A stretch of 64,000 bases of DNA, from NCBI GenBank assembly GCA_938018005.1, contig CALIJG010000020.1, positions 81,063 to 145,062 of the forward strand, given 5' to 3'. A program made the position numbers and the translations under genes. Positions 58,250-64,000 of the stretch are shown here, one piece after another; within the stretch, counting starts at the first letter, position 1; each line of letters starts with the position of its first letter. Below the pieces are notes generated by a model. The model was not told the origin of the DNA, searched no databases, and saw only the letters and a list, made by a program, of their open reading frames with translations. The DNA is from an uncultured Candidatus Saccharibacteria bacterium. GTDB taxonomy: Bacteria; Patescibacteriota; Saccharimonadia; Saccharimonadales; Saccharimonadaceae.

Positions 58250-60937
58250 GTGGTAAAAAAAGCAATTATAGTGCTTGTGGTGCTGAGTGGTGCTGCGCTG
58301 CTTGCACTTCTCTATCACAGCACAACGCATGCCGACCAATGGGGTATGGTGTGGCACGACGAGTTTACTGGCTCGGCTGTGTCTGGCGAGTGGGACATAC
58401 TGAAGCAAAATACTGACAACTTACGCAATACCCACCTCGCCTACAGCCCAAATAATCTTAAGGTTGCCAACAGCCATCTCGAGATCACCACGCAGCGCCA
58501 CTGCGTGAGCAATTTGAACGAGCCGCTCACCAGTGCCAACATGAGTGAGCAGCCCTGCCCCAGCGGCACCACAACGCGCTACCTTAGTGGACGGGTCAAA
58601 AACAAGGGCAAGGTTGTGGACGGCACCAAGCCATTCCGAGCCGAGATTCGGGCGAAGTTTAATTGGAATGGCAAGCGTGGTACACGGCCATCGCTGTGGA
58701 TGGTGAGTGGCAATACGCTCCAAAACTGCAACGACAACCCCAAGGCCAACGACCCATACGGCGAGCTAGACATCATCGAGTGGTACTCATCCACACCAAA
58801 TTACGCGTGGTCCACCACACACATGTCGTGCTACCACCACGGTGTCGATGCCAAATGGAAGACTGGCTGGCGAACGCGTGCCCTATCGCACAGTGGCGAG
58901 CACTATGCTGGTGCGCGGCCAGGCTCGTTTGCCTACGAGTGGCACACCTGGGCAGTTGAGTATGATGGTACGACGGTCAAGTACTTTGTAGACGACCAAC
59001 CCATCAAGGTATATCGCTACCATGTGAGCCCTACCGACGATGGCAACATCTTCCCTAGAAAGGATGCCGAACCACTGACGAAGGTCGCCAGCCAGGAGAA
59101 TATTAATGGTGCATTTCACCGCGGCTGGCAATTCATCCTCAACGACTACGTCGAGATTAGCAAAAATCTCAGCCCTATTGACCCATCTGAGCCATTCCCC
59201 ACACAGACGATGCTGATCGACTATGTGCGCGTCTTCCAAAAGGGTGCGGGTACGCAGCCACCCGAGACGCCAGTGCCAGCAACCGGCACGAAATGGGCTA
59301 AGCATGATGCTGCAGGCGACCGCAAATGGTCGGCCCTTGCCAGCTCGGCTGATGGGAGCAAGCTTGCTGCCGCTGCCTGGGGTGGCACAATCCACACCTC
59401 GCAAGACGGCGGTGCGACGTGGACGGAGCAGCCAAAGTCGGAAGTGCGCAACTGGGTAAGCATTGCGAGCTCGGCTGATGGGAGCAAGCTTGCGGCACTC
59501 TACGATTGGGGTGGCTACATCATGACATCGCAAGACGGTGGTGCAACGTGGCACAAGCATGCGATGAGCGGGACGATCAACTGGATGTCGATCGCGAGCT
59601 CGGCTGATGGGAGCAAGCTCGTAGCCGTCGCCAAGGATCACACTATCTACACCTCGCGCGATGGCGGTGCGACGTGGACGGAGCAACCAAAGTCGGGCAG
59701 CCGCAAATGGCGCGCCGTCACAAGCTCGGCCGATGGCAATAAACTAGCTGCAGTCGTCGAAGACGGTGGCATCTACACCTCTTCGAACGGTGGTGTGACG
59801 TGGACGGAACGCGCCCAAGCTGGCAACCGCACCTGGACATCAATTGCCAGCTCGCCCGACGGCACAAAGCTGGTCGCAACAGCCGCTGGTGGCTATATCT
59901 ATACTTCAGCCGACGGTGGCGTGACGTGGACGGAGCGCAGCGTGGACGGCCGGCACAACTGGACAGCAGCAACCATCTCGGCCGATGGCAACACCCTCGC
60001 CGCAACAGCCGGTGGCGGTGGCTATATCTACGTATCGACCGACGGCGGTGCAACGTGGATAGCTCAGACGTCGCCTGGCATGCCCAACTGGTCGGCTCTT
60101 GCCAGCTCGGCTGATGGGAGCAAGCTGATAGCTGCTGCCTACGGTGGCATGATATATACCACCACTCCACCGGTAGATGATCGCACACTGGCCGCTGCCG
60201 AAGCTGCTGTGGCCCGAGCCGAAGCCAGCAAGAGCCCTGCAGATATTGCTGCTGCTCAAGCCCGCATTGCCGCCGTCAAGGATGCACGCAAACAAGCCGC
60301 TCTCCAGGCTCGGCTAAACGCCATCACATCAGCTCCATCCATAACAACACCCAAGCAGCCCACACAACCGACCAACTCAACTACAATCCCTCAGCCACAC
60401 GGCGGTGCGGTATCGCTCGCTACGGCCGGCAAACCGTGCAGCCACATTGCCTCAGCCGAGCCAGCAACCGCCCCCGCGCAGTACCAAGGCCGGGTTCTGC
60501 GCAACAGCGTACGCTTCACCATCACCTGTGCTGGGCAGACCGCTCACACTGGCTACACCACCCATGTAGCACTCACACTCAGCAAGCACTACCGCGACCC
60601 AAGCCGCCTCACCGTGCTCAAACTTGCCAAAGGTGGCTCGGTCATCGAAGATATCACAGGCCGGATCAACTTTGGCACAAACCCCAGTGGTACACGCACA
60701 ACCATCGCTTACGACGTAACTGACGGTGGCTTTGGCGACGAAGACGGCGCTGCCAATGGCACAATCCTCGACCCCATCGCCATCTACGAAGACACGTCGC
60801 ACACCGACTCTACCAGCAACTCATCGCGCCCTAGTGGCCTCCTTGCCAACACTGGCGACAGCCTCCTCCCCACCGCCCTCGGCGCAATTGCCCTAGGTGG
60901 TGGCGGGGTGTGGATGCTCCGCAGGCGGCGCTCGTAG
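58250..60937 (+). CDS. LAxTG-anchored surface protein: GH16 glycoside hydrolase domain plus ~8 BNR/Asp-box (Ycf48-like) repeats plus C-terminal sorting signal
   Basis: GTG start follows RBS AGGGGGGA, with signal peptide VKKAIIVLVVLSGAALLALLYHSTTHA. GH16 catalytic motif ELDIIEW. Repeated SxDGGxTW motifs. C-terminus is LANTGDS, then a hydrophobic stretch, then RRRRS (class E sortase-type LAxTG signal). Confidence 0.75.
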   Translation: MVKKAIIVLVVLSGAALLALLYHSTTHADQWGMVWHDEFTGSAVSGEWDILKQNTDNLRNTHLAYSPNNLKVANSHLEITTQRHCVSNLNEPLTSANMSEQPCPSGTTTRYLSGRVKNKGKVVDGTKPFRAEIRAKFNWNGKRGTRPSLWMVSGNTLQNCNDNPKANDPYGELDIIEWYSSTPNYAWSTTHMSCYHHGVDAKWKTGWRTRALSHSGEHYAGARPGSFAYEWHTWAVEYDGTTVKYFVDDQPIKVYRYHVSPTDDGNIFPRKDAEPLTKVASQENINGAFHRGWQFILNDYVEISKNLSPIDPSEPFPTQTMLIDYVRVFQKGAGTQPPETPVPATGTKWAKHDAAGDRKWSALASSADGSKLAAAAWGGTIHTSQDGGATWTEQPKSEVRNWVSIASSADGSKLAALYDWGGYIMTSQDGGATWHKHAMSGTINWMSIASSADGSKLVAVAKDHTIYTSRDGGATWTEQPKSGSRKWRAVTSSADGNKLAAVVEDGGIYTSSNGGVTWTERAQAGNRTWTSIASSPDGTKLVATAAGGYIYTSADGGVTWTERSVDGRHNWTAATISADGNTLAATAGGGGYIYVSTDGGATWIAQTSPGMPNWSALASSADGSKLIAAAYGGMIYTTTPPVDDRTLAAAEAAVARAEASKSPADIAAAQARIAAVKDARKQAALQARLNAITSAPSITTPKQPTQPTNSTTIPQPHGGAVSLATAGKPCSHIASAEPATAPAQYQGRVLRNSVRFTITCAGQTAHTGYTTHVALTLSKHYRDPSRLTVLKLAKGGSVIEDITGRINFGTNPSGTRTTIAYDVTDGGFGDEDGAANGTILDPIAIYEDTSHTDSTSNSSRPSGLLANTGDSLLPTALGAIALGGGGVWMLRRRRS

Positions 60938-61601
60938 CGCACTGCTACCCCACGCAGGTGCACCTCGGCTTGGATACTATGCTATCCAAGCCGATTTCTT
61001 TTGCCTCCTCGCGTGTATTAGTCTGTGTATACAAGCTTGCTGGTATGAGCGAAATTCGCATTGGTTGGCCGTGTACGGCTAGCACTCTAGCCACCCCAAC
61101 GCTGCTTTGGGTAAGAATAAGAGCACGCTATACGGTGTCTCTCCAAAAAGTACAAGCTGCCCTCATCGGCGGAGGGCTAGCGGAAGGCCATTTGTTGACT
61201 CAATACAATCACTCTTGCTGCCGTTGATGTAGCCTACATGCCGATACACTAGTGATCGGCACCGAGACACGCCACACAGGAGGTAAGCTCTATCGGCAGC
61301 CACCATCTCTAGCATCATAACTGCGCACAGCCAAAGGCCGCACCAACACGGTCGTGGCCCACCTATTCTCACCCAAGAGCCCCTAGCAGCGCGCTAGTGC
61401 TGGCATTCTACCTATATAAGGTGTTTCCTTGCTGCTTATGCTCAAGCACAGCTATGCCATATCACTGCTACGTTAGTACCCAAGCCGCTCAATATAATAT
61501 AATTACTCTAATACAGGCCACACTCTACCCTGCCAACCAAAAAAGAGAAAGGCATACGGTATGCCTTTCTCTTGGGTATAGAGACGCTGCAGTGCAGTGC
61601 T

Positions 61602-63050
61602 CTAGTTCTTGCGGCTCTTGACGAACCAGAAGCTCCCGGCGCCAAGACCGCTGGCTGCGAGGGCAGCGACGAGCCATACGCTGTCACCGGTGTCGGCGAG
61701 AGCTGGACCTTCGTGCTTAGCAGGAGCGGCAGCCTCTGCTGCTGGTTTAGCTGCAGGTGCTGGGTTGGCTGCTGGTGCTTGCTCTGCAGCTGGAGCCGGC
61801 TCTTCTGCTGGTGCAGGTTCTACAGCTGGCTCAGCTGGGGCTGGATTTGCCGGAGCTGGGGTTGCGGGCGCAGGTGTGGCCGGAGCGGGTGTAGCAGGCG
61901 CAGGATTGGCAGGCGCTGGATTAGCGGGAGCCGGGTTGGCTGGGGCAGGATTTGCTGGAGCTGGGTTGGCTGGTGCAGGATTTGCAGGGGCCGGGTTAGC
62001 CGGAGCTGGCTGCACAACTGGCTTGTCTTTAGCTGTTGCTGTGTTGATGTTGCCGCCGTTGAGTGCTGCAGCGAGGTTAGCACCGTCGTTCGACATAACA
62101 ACAGCCGACCACGCACCGGTAGCAGCGCTGTCATTCTCCATCCAGGTTGCACCACCGTCATCTGAAGTGTAGATCTTGCCACCATTGACGGTTGCAGCAA
62201 GCTTCATACCATCAGCCGAGCTAGCGATTGATGTCCACTTCTGTGGGGTTGATGCAGCTTGCTCTTTCCAAGTAACACCGCCATCTGTCGAGGTGTGAAT
62301 CTTGCCACCATTGACGGTTGCAGCAAGCTTCATACCATCGGCCGAGCTAGCGATCGATGTCCACTTCTGAGTGCCAGCAGCGGCTTGCTCTGTCCAGGTG
62401 ACACCACTGTCTGTCGAGGTGTAGACAACGCCGTCGGCAACAGTCGCGGCAAGCTTGGTGCCATCAGCCGAGCCGGCGATCGATGTCCACTTCTTCGCAC
62501 CTGGGTTGGCTTGCTCTTTCCAGCTTGCGCCAGAGTTGGTAGAGGTAAATACCCCACGGTTGGTTGCCACAGCAGCGAGCTTGGTGCCATCGGCCGAGCT
62601 CGTCACAGACACCCAGTCACCAGCAGCTCCTGGGAGACCATTTTTCGTCCAGGTAGCACCTGAGTCATTCGAGGTGTACATGTAGCCGCCCCATTGGTAA
62701 AAGGCAGCGATCTTACTACCATCGGCTGAACTGGCAAGAGCCGTCCACTTTTGCGGCGCAGGAAGGCCGGTTATTGGTCGTTCCATCCAGGTGACACCAC
62801 TGTCTGTCGAGGTGTAGACATTCCCGACATTCACTGCTGCAACGAGCTTGGTGCCGTCTGTTGAGCCAGCCATTGCCGACCAGTTCTTTACACCAGAGCC
62901 AGCTTGCTCCTTCCAAGCTACCTCTTGGGCAGCCCGTGTAGGCTGGCCAAACAATGCCACCATAGCAGCTACCGCCACCAGGCACCCAGCCTGAGACACG
63001 CGAGCGAGCGTTCTCCATTTATTATGTTTTGCTTGCCTGAGTTCCCTCAT
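61602..63050 (-). CDS. LAxTG-anchored surface protein with BNR/Asp-box repeats and (PANPA)n tandem repeat
   Basis: RBS AAGGAGGG precedes the ATG. Signal peptide. Seven SxDxGxTW repeats. (PAPAN)n then PAPAT repeats. C-terminus is LADTGDS, hydrophobic stretch, then KSRKN. Confidence 0.7.
   Translation of the reverse strand: MRELRQAKHNKWRTLARVSQAGCLVAVAAMVALFGQPTRAAQEVAWKEQAGSGVKNWSAMAGSTDGTKLVAAVNVGNVYTSTDSGVTWMERPITGLPAPQKWTALASSADGSKIAAFYQWGGYMYTSNDSGATWTKNGLPGAAGDWVSVTSSADGTKLAAVATNRGVFTSTNSGASWKEQANPGAKKWTSIAGSADGTKLAATVADGVVYTSTDSGVTWTEQAAAGTQKWTSIASSADGMKLAATVNGGKIHTSTDGGVTWKEQAASTPQKWTSIASSADGMKLAATVNGGKIYTSDDGGATWMENDSAATGAWSAVVMSNDGANLAAALNGGNINTATAKDKPVVQPAPANPAPANPAPANPAPANPAPANPAPANPAPANPAPATPAPATPAPATPAPANPAPAEPAVEPAPAEEPAPAAEQAPAANPAPAAKPAAEAAAPAKHEGPALADTGDSVWLVAALAASGLGAGSFWFVKSRKN
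61841..62010. repeat. 15-bp-period tandem DNA repeat encoding the PANPA pentapeptide array
   Basis: About 11 units of GC(A/C)GG(A/G)TT(G/A)GC(A/C)GG-like sequence. Confidence 0.7.
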
Positions 63051-63174
63051 GCAATAACCCTCCTTTTCTGTTGTGAAACACAACACCTTAATATAACGTT
63101 CGCATTATAACACTATTGTGCTTATGGTAACAAGGGGTAATCAAGCGGTGATCGGCAGTATATTTCGCTACGTG

Positions 63175-63768
63175 CTACGAGTGGTGGCGTTCGTCGTCGT
63201 TACTGGAGCTGTATTGGGTAGAAATCCACCGCATCATATGATGTATTGCAAGACCCAGCACAAGCAGCAGCGATAGATACACGAGTACGAATTTTGCCAT
63301 AGTCGCTACTGTTGCACTAGCCACAAGTGCTGGGTTCGCAAGTGCCGGAAATTGGCTCAGCATGAACGCAAAAGCTATATTTTCCCACCAGTCGCAAGCA
63401 GCAGCCACCACAGGCAGCACAACTATCCACCGGGCCCAGCCCAGCTTCCACCGCTGCAACGGGAGGCGCCGGAGAAAAAATGCCAAAGTATAGGTATAAA
63501 ACACCGCATAGATGACTGCATAGCAGGTATCGATTGGCAAAAAGACATGCAAATAGGCACTTCTACCAGCCTCACCCAGAGCGGCCAATGTATGGTTCAT
63601 GTGGGCGGCACTATTGCCAAAGTTAAGGTCGAGAATTGCCACACCACCAGACACCTGCGACACATACCAAGCCGCCTGTCGCATCGCAGCCATACCAAGG
63701 AGAAAAATTACCAGCAGTCCCCCAATATGGCGAAGCTTTACCGCTTGAATACGACGAGTTATACGCAT
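63175..63768 (-). CDS. hypothetical polytopic membrane protein
   Basis: 197 aa with about five hydrophobic helices and no recognised motif. Confidence 0.45.
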   Translation of the reverse strand: MRITRRIQAVKLRHIGGLLVIFLLGMAAMRQAAWYVSQVSGGVAILDLNFGNSAAHMNHTLAALGEAGRSAYLHVFLPIDTCYAVIYAVFYTYTLAFFLRRLPLQRWKLGWARWIVVLPVVAAACDWWENIAFAFMLSQFPALANPALVASATVATMAKFVLVYLSLLLVLGLAIHHMMRWISTQYSSSNDDERHHS

Positions 63769-64000
63769 GATTTTATTATACCTCTATAGTAGTTTAGCGA
63801 AATCGACCCTCCTAAATGAGACAGTCCGCTTATGCTCGCTCCGTGACAGATGCAAAAGTAGTGCGTATATAACAACCCACAAATACTACCAGCCACGCCA
63901 CAAGCGAGACAACGCCTACTGCTGAGCTAGCCAACAGCGAACTCCCACCAACAACCAGAAGTAGCATAACTTGCGAGAAGCCATTAAACGTCCCATGCAG

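Noticed and set aside
59221-60295. Several 80-270-aa minus-strand ORFs inside the GH16/BNR surface-protein gene
   Set aside because: They lie antisense or out of frame to a gene with repeated, clearly in-frame SxDGGxTW motifs. They are Arg/Pro-rich shadow ORFs typical of GC-rich third positions.
61572-62172. Two plus-strand ORFs (197 and 187 aa) full of Ala/Gly/Cys repeats
   Set aside because: They are antisense translations of the 15-bp PANPA tandem repeat inside the minus-strand surface-protein gene.

Overview
This 64-kb window looks like part of a compact, monoderm-type bacterial chromosome. A Patescibacteria/Saccharibacteria-like lineage is an inference only: the sequence appears moderately GC-rich (not computed), AGGAG-type RBSs are frequent, and there are many Pro/Ala/Thr-rich protein tails.

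Housekeeping content:
- tRNA-Glu(UUC).
- A two-component sensor kinase and a separate receiver protein, both with long low-complexity tails.
- rRNA pseudouridine synthase, GTPase Der, peptidyl-tRNA hydrolase, DprA, topoisomerase I, MetK and RNase HI.
- A minus-strand dcw/cell-wall cluster: ftsQ-like <- murG <- ftsW <- mraY <- ftsI <- ftsL-like <- rsmH ... mraZ.
- GalU, a HAD hydrolase, a YvcK/CofD-family protein and a GH1 beta-glucosidase.

Accessory content, mostly 41.6-63 kb:
- An operon of a MoxR-like AAA+ ATPase and two uncharacterised proteins, flanked by a PIF1/RecD-like helicase.
- A truncated YafY-like HTH fragment, a VOC protein, an orphan SUKH/SMI1 immunity-type gene and a DUF3800 protein.
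- A bulb-lectin (LlpA-like) secreted protein.
- Two large LAxTG-anchored BNR-repeat surface proteins, one with a GH16 domain.

Main observations:
1. The AAA+ operon has a strong sigma70-like promoter, an AGGAG RBS and an ATG, separated from the ATPase ORF by a (GA)8 dinucleotide repeat. One extra repeat unit would fuse the RBS-equipped start in-frame with the ATPase. This is a candidate slipped-strand phase-variable, defense-like vWA-MoxR-type system.
2. A ~75-bp two-hairpin element occurs twice in inverted orientation (35.15 kb and 41.5 kb). Both hairpin stems carry compensatory substitutions, which suggests a structured RNA or mobile element.
3. Six GTGGG/CCCAC direct repeats with ~10-bp phasing lie upstream of mraZ, as expected for a MraZ operator array. 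The dcw cluster itself is non-canonical.
4. The window contains unusually long ORF-free tracts for a compact genome (25.4-27.25 kb, 17.94-18.85 kb and others), with candidate sRNAs.
5. (TA)n tracts sit in several promoters.
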